Notes under the pieces: model-generated
Databases searched by the model: none
Seen by the model: the letters and a program-made list of their open reading frames with translations, nothing else
What the model was told of the DNA's origin: nothing
Source of the DNA: Clostridiales bacterium
Lineage (GTDB): Bacteria > Bacillota > Clostridia > Christensenellales > CAG-138
Direction of reading: 5' to 3'
Assembly: GCA_024691085.1 (NCBI GenBank)
Contig: JAILNX010000005.1
Span: 3,527-67,526 of the forward strand
Length of the DNA stretch: 64,000 nt
Position numbers and translations under genes: made by a program
Shown: one piece after another, positions 39,954-51,968 of the stretch
Position numbering within the stretch: the first letter of the stretch is position 1
Layout: every line of letters begins with the position of its first letter

Positions 39954-40439
39954 ATGAAAAAAACGGCTCTGATACTTGGTTCGGATTCCGATCTTCCCAT
40001 CGCCCAGAAGGCGGCGGACGTACTTAAAAAACTCGACATGCCCTATGAAATGCATATAATGAGCGCTCACCGCACGCCCGAAGCTACGGCGGAGTTCGCG
40101 GGGAACGCCGCGGCGAACGGCTTCGGCGTGATAGTCGCGTTCGCAGGCAAGGCGGCGCATCTTGCGGGCGTTATCGCCGCGCACACGCTCGTTCCAGTGA
40201 TCGGAGTTCCCATAAAGGGCTCCGACCTCGGCGGCATGGACGCGCTTTTGTCGACCGTGCAGATGCCCTCAGGCATTCCCGTCGCGACGGTCGCCATCGA
40301 CGGCGGCGCGAACGCCGCTTGGCTCGCTGCGAGGATACTCGCCCTTTCGGATAATGAGCTTAACGATAAGCTCGCCGGCGAGAGGGAGCGCATGACCCGC
40401 GAGGTCATGGAGAAGGACAGAAAAATAAACCTCAACTGA
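39954..40439 (+). CDS. purE: N5-CAIR mutase / AIR carboxylase
   Basis: [29 protein letters not shown]. Confidence 0.95.
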   Translation: MKKTALILGSDSDLPIAQKAADVLKKLDMPYEMHIMSAHRTPEATAEFAGNAAANGFGVIVAFAGKAAHLAGVIAAHTLVPVIGVPIKGSDLGGMDALLSTVQMPSGIPVATVAIDGGANAAWLAARILALSDNELNDKLAGERERMTREVMEKDRKINLN

Positions 40440-40452
40440 AAGGATCAAGGAT

Positions 40453-41481
40453 ATGAAAAGTTCAAGCAAAAGCTACGCCGAGGCGGGCGTCGACATCACC
40501 GCGGGCTATGAGGCGGTCAAGAGGATAAAGGAACACGTCAAAAGGACGAACATTCCCGGCACCGCTTCGGAGCTGGGCGGCTTCGGCGGCGCGTTCGAGC
40601 TCATGGGCTATAAGGAGCCCGTCCTCGTCTCCGGCACGGACGGCGTGGGCACGAAGCTCAAGCTCGCCTTCCGCATGGACAAGCACGACACCATCGGCAT
40701 CGACTGCGTCGCCATGTGCGTGAACGACGTCGTATGCTCCGGCGCTTCTCCCATATTCTTCCTCGATTATATCGCGACGGGCAAGCTCATCCCCGAGAGG
40801 ATCGAACAAATCGTCAAGGGCGTCGCGGACGGCTGCGTCGAGTCCGGCTGCGCGCTTATCGGCGGTGAGACCGCCGAGATGCCGGGCTTCTATCCCGAAA
40901 ACGAATACGACCTTGCCGGCTTCGCGGTAGGCGTCGTCGAAAAGAGCAAGATGATGTCGAACGGCAACGTCAAGGCGGGCGACGTGATAATCGCCATGCC
41001 GTCGTCCGGCGTGCACTCGAACGGCTTCTCGCTCGTAAGGAAGATATTCGACGTCGACGGCGGAGAGCTTGATGAGTTCGTGCCCGAGCTCGGAAAAACG
41101 CTCGGCGAGGCGCTGCTCGTCCCGACGAGGCTTTACGTAAAGCCCGTCAAGGCGCTCCGTGAGGCGGCGGAGGTACACTCTCTCGCGCACATCACGGGCG
41201 GCGGCTTCTATGAAAACATTCCCCGCGCCATCCCGGAAGGGCTCACCGCGAAGGTGTACCGCGACCGCGTCCGTGTGCTTCCGATATTCGACTATATCGC
41301 AAAGCGCGGGAACATCCCCGAGAGGGATATGTTCAACACCTTCAACATGGGCGTCGGCATGATCGCGACCGTTCCCGAAAAGGATGCGGACGCGGCGATC
41401 GCCGCGCTTAAGGAAACCGGCGTCGACGCTTACGTTGTCGGCGAGGTCATCGCCTCCGACGAGGGAGTCATCGTATGCTGA
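40453..41481 (+). CDS. purM: AIR synthetase
   Basis: [30 protein letters not shown]. Confidence 0.96.
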   Translation: MKSSSKSYAEAGVDITAGYEAVKRIKEHVKRTNIPGTASELGGFGGAFELMGYKEPVLVSGTDGVGTKLKLAFRMDKHDTIGIDCVAMCVNDVVCSGASPIFFLDYIATGKLIPERIEQIVKGVADGCVESGCALIGGETAEMPGFYPENEYDLAGFAVGVVEKSKMMSNGNVKAGDVIIAMPSSGVHSNGFSLVRKIFDVDGGELDEFVPELGKTLGEALLVPTRLYVKPVKALREAAEVHSLAHITGGGFYENIPRAIPEGLTAKVYRDRVRVLPIFDYIAKRGNIPERDMFNTFNMGVGMIATVPEKDADAAIAALKETGVDAYVVGEVIASDEGVIVC

Positions 41482-42068
41482 AGGCCAAAACAGCGGTGCT
41501 CGTTTCGGGCGGCGGCACTAACCTCCAGGCGCTCATCGACGCGGAAAGGCGGGGGGAACTCCCGCATGCGGAGATCAGCCTAGTCGTGTCGAACAGGGAA
41601 TCCGCCTACGCGCTTCAGAGGGCGAAGGACGCCGGCATCCGCGCGGAATACGTGAAGAGCGACGCCGCCTTCGAGACGGGGCTTCTGTCCCTTCTCGGGG
41701 AAGAGGGGATACAGCTCATCGTTCTTGCGGGATTCCTGCGGATACTGAGCGCGGATTTCATCAAAAGGTACGAGGGCAGGATAATAAACGTCCATCCGTC
41801 GCTGATCCCGTCCTTCTGCGGCATGGGCTTTTACGGACTCAAGGTGCATGAGGCTGCGCTTTCCCGCGGAGTGAAGCTCACCGGCGCGACGGTGCATATC
41901 GTCACCGCCGAGGCGGACGCCGGTCCCATACTTCTCCAGAAGGCGGTCGAGGTAGAAGAAGGCGACACGCCGGAGATTCTCCAGAAGCGCGTAATGCGGG
42001 AGGCGGAGTGGATACTCCTCCCGAGGGCGCTTGAAATGCTTGCAAAAGGAATAAGCGAGGATAAATAA
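41475..42068 (+). CDS. purN: GAR transformylase
   Basis: [24 protein letters not shown]. Confidence 0.95.
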   Translation: MLKAKTAVLVSGGGTNLQALIDAERRGELPHAEISLVVSNRESAYALQRAKDAGIRAEYVKSDAAFETGLLSLLGEEGIQLIVLAGFLRILSADFIKRYEGRIINVHPSLIPSFCGMGFYGLKVHEAALSRGVKLTGATVHIVTAEADAGPILLQKAVEVEEGDTPEILQKRVMREAEWILLPRALEMLAKGISEDK

Positions 42069-42069
42069 C

Positions 42070-42771
42070 ATGTTAGATCTCTATTCACTTCTCCGCACAC
42101 AGAAATACTCCGGCAGGGGAATCATCCTCGGCACGACGCCTTCGGGCAGGATCGCGATAGCCTACTTCATCATGGGCAGATCCGCTTCGAGCCGCGCAAG
42201 GCGCTTCGTCCGCGACGGACGTGATCTTGCGATCAAGTACACGGCGGATAAGGATCCCGAGCACGCCGAGCTCATCATCTATTCGCCCATCCGCGTTCTC
42301 GGAAACAAAATCATCGTCACGAACGGAGACCAGACCGATACGGTCTATGAGGCGCTGCGCCTCGGCGGGAGCTTCGAGAGCGCCCTTAAAACAAGGTGCT
42401 TTGAGCCCGATCCCCCTCATTTCACGGCGAGGATCAGCGGCATGGTCACGACGGAGAACGGCGTTCCCTCCTACGAGCTTTCGGTATTAAAGGCGGGCGA
42501 CGACGAGGGAAAGACCTGCGTCCGCAGCTTCTTTATGTATGAGAAGCAGGAGGGCGTCGGGCACTTCATCCACACCTATATGGGAGGCACGGACAAGCTC
42601 AGGACCTTCGAGGGCGAGCCGTGGGAGGTCGCGATACCCGACGGCATCGACGAATTCACTAACGCCGTCTGGAACGGCATTGACGACGACAACAAGGTCG
42701 CGCTCTACGTAAGGCTCTCAGATCCAGCGACGGGCGAATACGAGGACAGGCTTATCAACAAATACGAATAA
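42070..42771 (+). CDS. Stand-alone IMP cyclohydrolase-like protein
   Basis: YSGRGI, YFIMGRS, VTNGDQTD, FEPDPP.FT.RISG. Sits in the pur operon before a PurH lacking the cyclohydrolase domain. Confidence 0.85.
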   Translation: MLDLYSLLRTQKYSGRGIILGTTPSGRIAIAYFIMGRSASSRARRFVRDGRDLAIKYTADKDPEHAELIIYSPIRVLGNKIIVTNGDQTDTVYEALRLGGSFESALKTRCFEPDPPHFTARISGMVTTENGVPSYELSVLKAGDDEGKTCVRSFFMYEKQEGVGHFIHTYMGGTDKLRTFEGEPWEVAIPDGIDEFTNAVWNGIDDDNKVALYVRLSDPATGEYEDRLINKYE

Positions 42772-42786
42772 GGGAAGGAACGAAAA

Positions 42787-43971
42787 ATGAAGGAATTACT
42801 GCTTAAATACGGCTGCAACCCCAACCAGGCGCCCGCGTACCTCACGATGAAGGACGGGCGGGATCTTCCCTTTGAGATATTGAACGGCAACCCCGGCTAC
42901 ATCAATTTCCTCGACGCGCTCAATTCGTGGCAGCTCGTGAAGGAGCTCTCGAAGGCGCTCTCGCTTCCCGCCGCGGCGTCGTTCAAGCACGTTTCCCCCG
43001 CGGGAGCGGCGGTCGGCGTGCCCCTCTCCGACGTCATGAAGAAAAAGCTCTTCGTCGAGAATATAACCGATATCAACGATTCTCCGCTCGCCTGCGCCTA
43101 CGCGAGGGCGAGGGGCGCAGACCGTATGTCAAGCTTCGGCGACTTCATCGCGCTCTCCGAGGTCTGCGATCTCACCACCGCGAAGGTCATAAAGCCCGAG
43201 GTCTCGGACGGCGTGATCGCTCCCGGCTACGACCCCGACGCTCTGGAGCTGCTTAAGACCAAAAAGGGCGGCAAGTACTGCATAATCAAGATGAGCCCCG
43301 TCTACGAGGCTCCCGAGTACGAGACCAAGGAGGTCTTCGGCGTGAGCTTCACGCAGAGGCGCAACGACGCCGTGCTCGACGGGACCGTACTTACCAACAT
43401 CGTGACCGAGAACAAGGAGCTTCCCGATTCCGCGAAGCGCGATCTGATCGTCGCGATGATCACTCTGAAATACACCCAGTCGAATTCCGTCTGCTACGCG
43501 GTCGACGGTCAGGCGATAGGCGTCGGCGCGGGACAGCAGTCGCGCATCCACTGCACGAGGCTTGCAGGCGACAAGGCGGACAACTGGCTCCTTCGCGAGC
43601 ATGATAAGGTGCTTTCCCTGCCTTTTAAAGACGGTATCGCGAGGCCCGACAGGGACAACTGCATCGACTGCTATATCTCCGACCACGCGGAGGACGTGCT
43701 CGCGGAAGGCGAGTGGCAGAGGTTCTTTAAGGAAAAACCCGAGGAGCTCACCAAGGAAGAGAAGCGGGCGTTCTTGAGCACCCGTGCGGGGCTTGCCCTC
43801 GCGAGCGACGCGTTCTTCCCCTTCTCGGACAACATTACGAGGGCTTACCGCTCGGGCGTCAAATACATCGTCCAGGCCGGCGGCTCGAAGCGCGACGGCG
43901 ACGTCATCGCGGAGTGCGACAGGCTCGGCATCACGATGGTAATGAACGGTATAAGGCTCTTCCACCATTAA
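42787..43971 (+). CDS. purH: AICAR transformylase (short PurH, no IMPCH domain)
   Basis: LKYGCNPNQ, SFKHVSPAG, KYTQSNS, GAGQQSR, ASDAFFPF. Confidence 0.93.
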   Translation: MKELLLKYGCNPNQAPAYLTMKDGRDLPFEILNGNPGYINFLDALNSWQLVKELSKALSLPAAASFKHVSPAGAAVGVPLSDVMKKKLFVENITDINDSPLACAYARARGADRMSSFGDFIALSEVCDLTTAKVIKPEVSDGVIAPGYDPDALELLKTKKGGKYCIIKMSPVYEAPEYETKEVFGVSFTQRRNDAVLDGTVLTNIVTENKELPDSAKRDLIVAMITLKYTQSNSVCYAVDGQAIGVGAGQQSRIHCTRLAGDKADNWLLREHDKVLSLPFKDGIARPDRDNCIDCYISDHAEDVLAEGEWQRFFKEKPEELTKEEKRAFLSTRAGLALASDAFFPFSDNITRAYRSGVKYIVQAGGSKRDGDVIAECDRLGITMVMNGIRLFHH

Positions 43972-44052
43972 CGCTTCGCGTTCGCTGACAGTACTTACTG
44001 CCGGCGGGGATCAGGTTATTAACTTTGCATTTTTACTTTTGAGGATAAGAAA

Positions 44053-45318
<1,266 letters not shown>

Positions 45319-45351
45319 TCAAAAGAAAAGACTGAATGAGGAGATAATAAG

Positions 45352-48300
45352 ATGGTTTACAGGATCTATTCTGAAAGAAAGCCCGAGTTTTCGCACGAGG
45401 CGGAAGCGCTTTTATTTGACCTTAAGACGCTCCACGGCATCGGGGGCATAAAAAGGATAAGGATACTGCGCCGCTATGACGCCGAGAACATTCCCGAGGA
45501 GACCTTCTTAAGCTCCGTCAGCGGCATCTTCTCGGATCCGCGCACGGAGGAGAGCTTCACGGCTCTTCCCGACGGCGCAGACGCGGCGTTCGCCGTCGAA
45601 TACCTTCCCGGCCAGTTCGACCAGTGCGCCGACGCCGCCCAGATGAGCATCCGTCTCGTCGGGCTCGGCGGCGAGGGCGGGGCGGACCCCATCGTCCGCA
45701 CAGCGAAGGTCTATCTCCTATACGGCGATCTCACCGACGAGGAGCTTAAAAAGGTCAAGGCGAGCCTTATAAATCCCGTCGACAGCCGCGAGGGCGGGCT
45801 TGAGGAATACGAAAGCCTCGTACAGACCTATGACGAGCCCGAGGAAGTGGAGTTCGTTCACGGCTTCACGAACCTTTCCGAGGAAGGGCTCAAGGATATG
45901 ATAAAGCGCATGGGGCTCGCGATGGATCTTGCGGACCTTACGCTCTGCCGCGATTATTTTAAGAAAGAAGGCCGCGATCCGTCTGTGACGGAGATCAAGG
46001 TGCTCGACACCTACTGGTCGGATCACTGTCGCCATACCACCTTCAACACGAGGCTCGAGAACGTGGAGTTCTCCGATCCCGAGGTCAGGGCCGCGTGGGA
46101 AAGGTATTTGAAGCTCCGCGAGGAGACGGGGGATTCAAAACCCGTCTGCCTTATGGATCTCGCCACGGTCGGCGCGAAATATTTAAAGAGGACGGGCGAT
46201 CTTTCAAAGCTCGACGAGTCCAAGGAGATCAACGCCTGCACCGTAAGGATCGACGCCGACGTGAACGGCGAAAAGGAGCCGTGGCTTTTACTCTTCAAAA
46301 ACGAAACGCATAATCATCCCACCGAGATAGAGCCCTTCGGAGGAGCCGCGACCTGCGTAGGCGGCGCGATCCGCGATCCGCTCTCCGGCAGGGGCTACGT
46401 ATATCAGTCCATGCGCGTGACCGGCGCCGCCGATCCCACAAGGCCGGTCGAAGAGACGATCAAGGGCAAGCTCCCGCAGAGGCGCATAGTCCGCGAGGCG
46501 GCTTCGGGCTTCTCCTCCTACGGCAACCAGATAGGTTTGGCTACGGGCATGGTCTCGGAGCTCTATCACGAGGGCTACGCCGCCAAGCGCATGGAGGTAG
46601 GCGCTGTCATCGCCGCCGTTCCCGCGGCTAACGTAAGGCGCGAGGAACCCCTTCCCGGCGACGCAGTCATTCTGATGGGCGGCAAGACGGGGCGCGACGG
46701 CTGCGGCGGAGCTACCGGCGCGTCGAAGGCGCATACCGTTTCCTCGCTCGACCTCTGCGGCGCGGAGGTGCAGAAGGGCAACGCTCCCGAGGAGAGAAAG
46801 CTCCAGAGGCTTTTCAGAAATCCCGAGGCGTCCCTGATGATCAAAAGGTGCAACGATTTCGGCGCCGGCGGCGTTTCCGTCGCGATAGGCGAGCTTGCCG
46901 ACGGTCTTGACATCGACCTCGACAAGGTGCCGAAGAAATACATGGGTCTCGACTCGACCGAGCTCGCGATCTCCGAATCGCAGGAGCGCATGGCGGTCGT
47001 CGTCGAAAAGAAGGATGCGGAAAGGTTCATCGCGCTCTGCGCCGCAGAGGGCATAAGGGCGGTCGAGGTCGCGCACGTTACCGGCGACGGCAGGCTGACC
47101 ATGTACTTCAAGGGCAAAAAGGCGGTCGATCTTCCGCGCGGGTTCATCGACTCGAACGGCGCTCCGAAGAAGACCGAGGCGTACGTCGGCAGGCAGTTCC
47201 TCTATACGGGCGGCGAGCCGGAGGGGAGCCTTCTTGAAAAGCTCCGCTCCGTCGTTTCCGACTTAAACGTCTGCTCGAAGCGCGGACTTGCCGAGATGTT
47301 CGACTCCACGGTCGGCGCGAATACGGTGCTCATGCCCTTCGGCGGCAAGTATCAGCTCACGCCCACCCAGGCGATGGCGGCAAAGATCCCCATGAAGCAG
47401 GGCGATACCGACACCTGCTCGTTCATGAGCTGGGGCTTCGATCCCCTCGTTTCAGAAAGCTCGCCGTATTACGGCTCCTATATCGCGGTGGTCGATTCCT
47501 ATATGAAGCTCGCCGCTGCCGGCGCCGATATGGACGAGTGCTGGTTCAGCTTCCAGGAATACTTCGAGCGCATGAAGGACGAAAGCTCGTGGGGCAAGCC
47601 CCTGTCCGCCCTTCTCGGCGCTCTCGACGCCCAGACGGATCTTAAGACCGCGGCGATAGGCGGCAAGGATTCCATGAGCGGCAGCTTCGAGGACATCCAC
47701 GTTCCGCCGACGCTCATCTCCTTCGCGGCCGCGACGGGCAGGCTCGAAAACGTCATCTCGCCCGAGTTCAAGGCGGCGGGGCATCTCGTTTACCGCGTGA
47801 CCGCTCCCAAAAAGGCGAACGGTCTCCCGAACGGCAGGTTCGTGAAGGAGCTTTCAAAGCTCGTTTCCGACGCGATAAAGAAGGGCGTCGTGGTCTCCGC
47901 CTACGTTCCCGGGCGCTTCGGCACGGCCGAGGCTGCCGTTAAGATGGCGATGGGCAACGGCGTCGGCGTAAAGCTCTTTACCGACAGGATCTACAGGCCC
48001 GAGTTCGGCACTTTCGTCCTTGAGTGCACGGAGGAGCCCGACTTCGGCTTCTTCGAGACGGAAAAGATCGGCGAGACCTTATCGAATCCCGTGATCACGG
48101 TAAGCCTTTCCGATCCCGGCTATCCCGCGAGGGAGCCGCGTGAGGAATCGGTCAGGCTCTCCTCGGTCCTCGAGGACTATGAGGCAAGGCTCGACGGCGT
48201 GTTCCCCGTAAGCGCTGACGGCGGCGAGATGCTTAATGTCGAGTGCGCCGACAAGCCCTACGCGAAGCCCTTCGGCGTTAAGACCGCGCATCCCGCGGCG

Positions 48301-49083
48301 GTCATCCCCGTTTTCCCGGGCACCAACTGCGAATACGAGACCGAGCGCGCCTTTTTAGAGGCGGGCTTCGATACCAGGATAGTGATCGTCCGCACCGGCA
48401 GCGACGCCGATCTCGGCGCATCCGTTGCGGAATTCGCCGGCGCGATCGACAGGTCGGAGCTCATGTTCATACCGGGCGGCTTCTCGAACGGCGACGAGCC
48501 CGACGGCTCCGGCAAGTTCATTGCCGCGTTCCTTAATAATCCCGAGGTTAGGCGCTCCGTCGAGGCGATGCTCGCGCGCGGCGGTCTCGCGGGCGGCATC
48601 TGCAACGGTTTCCAGGCGCTCCTCCGTACGGGACTTCTCCCCTACGGCGAGTTCAGAGCCATCTCCTCCGAGATGCCCACGCTCACGCATAACCTTATCG
48701 GCAGGCACATCTCGAGGATCGTCCGCGTCCGCGTCGAGACGAACGCGAGCCCGTGGCTCAGAAACGTGCGCCGCGGCGAGGTCTACTGCGTGCCCGTCTC
48801 TCACGGCGAGGGACGCTTCGCGGCTGATCCCGAAGTGATAAGGGCGCTTGCCGCGAACGGCCGGATAATCACCAGATACGTTGACGCGAAGGGCGAGCCC
48901 TCGATGGATATGAGCGTCAACCCCAACGGCTCCGTCGCCGCGATAGAGGGCATAATGAGCCCTGACGGGCGCGTATTCGGCAAGATGGGCCACTCCGAGA
49001 GGATAGGCCGGGGACTTTACAAAAACGTCGGCGGAGTCTACGATATGGGACTCTTCAGATCGGCGTACGATTTCTTCAACTGA
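45352..49083 (+). CDS. purL: FGAM synthase (single-chain, large type)
   Basis: DTYWSDHCRH, KNETHNHPT, GGKDSMSG, glutaminase GICNGFQ and GKMGHSER. Confidence 0.96.
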   Translation: MVYRIYSERKPEFSHEAEALLFDLKTLHGIGGIKRIRILRRYDAENIPEETFLSSVSGIFSDPRTEESFTALPDGADAAFAVEYLPGQFDQCADAAQMSIRLVGLGGEGGADPIVRTAKVYLLYGDLTDEELKKVKASLINPVDSREGGLEEYESLVQTYDEPEEVEFVHGFTNLSEEGLKDMIKRMGLAMDLADLTLCRDYFKKEGRDPSVTEIKVLDTYWSDHCRHTTFNTRLENVEFSDPEVRAAWERYLKLREETGDSKPVCLMDLATVGAKYLKRTGDLSKLDESKEINACTVRIDADVNGEKEPWLLLFKNETHNHPTEIEPFGGAATCVGGAIRDPLSGRGYVYQSMRVTGAADPTRPVEETIKGKLPQRRIVREAASGFSSYGNQIGLATGMVSELYHEGYAAKRMEVGAVIAAVPAANVRREEPLPGDAVILMGGKTGRDGCGGATGASKAHTVSSLDLCGAEVQKGNAPEERKLQRLFRNPEASLMIKRCNDFGAGGVSVAIGELADGLDIDLDKVPKKYMGLDSTELAISESQERMAVVVEKKDAERFIALCAAEGIRAVEVAHVTGDGRLTMYFKGKKAVDLPRGFIDSNGAPKKTEAYVGRQFLYTGGEPEGSLLEKLRSVVSDLNVCSKRGLAEMFDSTVGANTVLMPFGGKYQLTPTQAMAAKIPMKQGDTDTCSFMSWGFDPLVSESSPYYGSYIAVVDSYMKLAAAGADMDECWFSFQEYFERMKDESSWGKPLSALLGALDAQTDLKTAAIGGKDSMSGSFEDIHVPPTLISFAAATGRLENVISPEFKAAGHLVYRVTAPKKANGLPNGRFVKELSKLVSDAIKKGVVVSAYVPGRFGTAEAAVKMAMGNGVGVKLFTDRIYRPEFGTFVLECTEEPDFGFFETEKIGETLSNPVITVSLSDPGYPAREPREESVRLSSVLEDYEARLDGVFPVSADGGEMLNVECADKPYAKPFGVKTAHPAAVIPVFPGTNCEYETERAFLEAGFDTRIVIVRTGSDADLGASVAEFAGAIDRSELMFIPGGFSNGDEPDGSGKFIAAFLNNPEVRRSVEAMLARGGLAGGICNGFQALLRTGLLPYGEFRAISSEMPTLTHNLIGRHISRIVRVRVETNASPWLRNVRRGEVYCVPVSHGEGRFAADPEVIRALAANGRIITRYVDAKGEPSMDMSVNPNGSVAAIEGIMSPDGRVFGKMGHSERIGRGLYKNVGGVYDMGLFRSAYDFFN

Positions 49084-49101
49084 TAAAAAGGAGGCGGACT
49101 T

Positions 49102-49953
49102 ATGACTTCGATAATCGACGGCAAAGCGATAGCGAACAAGGTCTCCGACGAGGTGCGCGAGGGCTCCTCCCGCCTTGTAGAGAAATACGGCGAGGACGCG
49201 CGTCCCAACATGACGCTCATCGTGGTCGGCGACGATCCCATCTCGAAAAAGCTCGTCTCCATGAAGGCGAAGGACTGCGAGACGGCGGGCATCACCCCGA
49301 CCGTCATCGCGCTTTCCCAGAATACTTCCGAGGAGAAGCTCTTAAGGCTCATCGACAGGCTCAACCGCGACGACGACGTAAGGGCGATACTCTGCCAGCT
49401 CCCCGTTCCGGAGCATATCTCCACCAAGCGGATACTCGCCGCGATCGCTCCCGAAAAGGACGTCGACGGCTTCTCCGCGAGGATCGACTGCGACGACTAC
49501 GACATCGCCGCCTGCACCCCCGCTGCCGTGATGCGCATGCTTAAGGAATCGGGCATCTCCGTCTCGGGCAGGCACTGCGTGGTCGTCGGCAGGAGCAATA
49601 TCGTCGGCAAGCCCATGGCGATACAGCTCCTTCTTAACGACGCGACCGTCACCGTCTGCCATTCTAAAACGAAGGACGTCGGGGACTTCACGCGCATGGC
49701 GGACGTGCTCATCGTCGCCGTCGGCAGGCCCCGCCTCATAACGGGCGATATGGTCAAGGAGGGCGCGGTCGTCATCGACGTCGGCATGAACTACGTCGAC
49801 GGGAAACCGGTCGGCGACGTCGACTATGAAAGCGTCGCGCCGAAGACCTCGTTCATAACCCCCGTTCCCGGCGGCGTCGGCCCCATGACGAGGGCGTACC
49901 TTTTAAAGAACTGCCTGAGGCTCGCAGAGCTTTACTGCCGGGGCAAAAAATAA
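49102..49953 (+). CDS. folD: Methylene-THF dehydrogenase/cyclohydrolase (divergent)
   Basis: [28 protein letters not shown]. Confidence 0.9.
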   Translation: MTSIIDGKAIANKVSDEVREGSSRLVEKYGEDARPNMTLIVVGDDPISKKLVSMKAKDCETAGITPTVIALSQNTSEEKLLRLIDRLNRDDDVRAILCQLPVPEHISTKRILAAIAPEKDVDGFSARIDCDDYDIAACTPAAVMRMLKESGISVSGRHCVVVGRSNIVGKPMAIQLLLNDATVTVCHSKTKDVGDFTRMADVLIVAVGRPRLITGDMVKEGAVVIDVGMNYVDGKPVGDVDYESVAPKTSFITPVPGGVGPMTRAYLLKNCLRLAELYCRGKK

Positions 49954-49957
49954 CGGG

Positions 49958-50626
49958 ATGAAGAGGACCGCCGCCATCCTTTCCATATTGATCATCGCCG
50001 TATCGGTCCTTTCCGCCTGTACGGGCGGCGGAGGCTGCTTCGGCTTTTTTGATGAAAGCGGCGATCCCGTTTCCCTCGCGGAAAACCTCAAGCCCTTCGA
50101 GTGGCCGGTGTTCACGCCCACTCCAACGCCGACGCCGGTTCCGACTCCTGCGCCTTCACCGACGCCGACTCCTACGCCGACTCCCACGCCCACTCCCAAA
50201 CCAACGCCGACGCCGCGGCCGACCGCCGTACCCGCGGTCACGCCGACTCCAGGCCCGCTTTACTGCACCGCGGAGGGCGTATACCTTGTTAAAACCGTCG
50301 ACGGAAGACAGTTTTCCGAGTTCATAAGGGAGTACGCCGCGGCGCAGGGCATTGACCTCGCTGCGCTCATGAGGGCGACGGGCATGACCGAGGACGAGCT
50401 GAGGGAGCGCGCCTTCAGGCTGGAGCTTTTGACCAACGGGAACGCGCTCATATCGAGCTATTCCCCGGAGCTAAACGGAAAAAGCGGCGTCTGGACGCAG
50501 CGCGGACCGGACGTCGACCTTGTCATCGACGGCGAAACATCAAGGTGCAGGTACTATAACGGACTTCTCGTGATGAGCTTCGGCGGGTATTCGGTACTGC
50601 TCGAGAAGGTCGGCAATCAAGGTTGA
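49958..50626 (+). CDS. Lipoprotein with long PT linker and lipocalin-like beta domain
   Basis: Lipobox LSAC, (PT)n tract. Confidence 0.65.
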   Translation: MKRTAAILSILIIAVSVLSACTGGGGCFGFFDESGDPVSLAENLKPFEWPVFTPTPTPTPVPTPAPSPTPTPTPTPTPTPKPTPTPRPTAVPAVTPTPGPLYCTAEGVYLVKTVDGRQFSEFIREYAAAQGIDLAALMRATGMTEDELRERAFRLELLTNGNALISSYSPELNGKSGVWTQRGPDVDLVIDGETSRCRYYNGLLVMSFGGYSVLLEKVGNQG

Positions 50627-50678
50627 AACGCCGTTCAAGGCGTGCTATAATCCAATCATCAACTATCAGGAGCAAACT

Positions 50679-51089
50679 ATGAAAAAGATCGTTTCTCTCG
50701 TTATCGCGGCGCTCATACTCGCCCTTACGCTCACGCTCACCGCGTGCAAAACGAACCCCGTCGGGTCGTACGCTTCCGTATCGGTCAACGGCAAGACGCC
50801 CGTCGACTATCTGAAGGAGAGCGGGGAATCCGACGCGATGCTGCTTCTCGAAGCGCTCGGCCTCACCGAGAAGGAGTTCAATCAGAGGCTGTTCTGCGTC
50901 GCGCTCTATAACGACGGCTCCGCGCTGGTCGAATCGATACTCGGCGTTCGCGGCACCGGCACGTGGACTCTTGACGGGAACAAGGTCACGATCACAACGA
51001 ACGAAGAAACCTACGTATTCACGCTTAAGGGCAAAAAGCTCACGGGAACCGTGGGCAAGGCCGAGATCGTGATGGAAAAACAGCAGTAA
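50679..51089 (+). CDS. Lipoprotein, paralog of the C-terminal domain of the preceding gene
   Basis: Lipobox LTAC. Own promoter TTGAAA-N17-TATAAT (50623-50651). Confidence 0.7.
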   Translation: MKKIVSLVIAALILALTLTLTACKTNPVGSYASVSVNGKTPVDYLKESGESDAMLLLEALGLTEKEFNQRLFCVALYNDGSALVESILGVRGTGTWTLDGNKVTITTNEETYVFTLKGKKLTGTVGKAEIVMEKQQ

Positions 51090-51112
51090 GCGCGTAAAAA
51101 AAGGTATAAGCC

Positions 51113-51967
51113 ATGTTCAAGATTCTTCGCCGCAGGGAACTGAATAAAACGGTCACCCAGCTTGAGATACTCGCGCCGCTCGTCGCGAGGAAGGCAAAGC
51201 CGGGCCAGTTCATAATCCTCCGCGTGAACGAGGAGGGGGAGAGGATCCCCCTTACCGTCGCGGGTGTCGACCGCGCAGAAGGCTCGGTCAAGATCATATT
51301 CCAGATCGTGGGCGCCACCACGGAGCTTCTTAACCAAAAGCGCGAGGGCGATCAGATACCCGATTTCGTCGGTCCCCTCGGCATTCCCACGCATACGGAG
51401 GGCATAAAGAACGTGTGCATAGTCGGCGGCGGCGTCGGCTGCGCCATCGCCCTTCCCGTCGCGGAGGAGTTCAAAAGGCTCGGAGCGACCGTCACGAGCA
51501 TAATCGGTTTCCGCTCGAAGGAGCTCCTGATACTCGAGGATGAGTTTTCGGCCTGCTCCGACAGGCTCACCGTCATGACCGACGACGGCTCTTACGGCAG
51601 GCACGGCAACGTGACCGTTCCCCTTAAGGAGATGCTCGAAAACGGCGAGAGGTTCGACCTCATAATCACCATCGGCCCACTCGTCATGATGAAATTCGTA
51701 ACGCTCACGGCGAAGCCCTACGGCGTTCCCGTAACGGTCTCGATGAACCCCATCATGATCGACGGCACGGGTATGTGCGGCGGCTGCCGCGTTACGCTCG
51801 TACGCGACGGAAAGCGCGTGACGAAGTTCGCCTGCGTCGACGGCCCCGACTTCAACGGATACGAGATCGACTTCGACGAGGCGATCTCCCGCGGGGGGAT
51901 GTACCGGGACTTCGAGCGCAAAGCGCACGCGGATACCTGCAATCTTTTGAAGAAAGCGGAGGAATGA
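51113..51967 (+). CDS. nfnA: NfnA (ferredoxin:NADP+ reductase small subunit, PyrK-like)
   Basis: GERIPLT, GGGVG, DGTGMCGGCR, CVDGP. Confidence 0.85.
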   Translation: MFKILRRRELNKTVTQLEILAPLVARKAKPGQFIILRVNEEGERIPLTVAGVDRAEGSVKIIFQIVGATTELLNQKREGDQIPDFVGPLGIPTHTEGIKNVCIVGGGVGCAIALPVAEEFKRLGATVTSIIGFRSKELLILEDEFSACSDRLTVMTDDGSYGRHGNVTVPLKEMLENGERFDLIITIGPLVMMKFVTLTAKPYGVPVTVSMNPIMIDGTGMCGGCRVTLVRDGKRVTKFACVDGPDFNGYEIDFDEAISRGGMYRDFERKAHADTCNLLKKAEE

Positions 51968-51968
51968 T

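Noticed and set aside
50110-50250. Short tandem repeats as a CRISPR array or VNTR
   Set aside because: Degenerate in-frame codons for a Pro/Thr linker, with no repeat-spacer structure and no cas genes.
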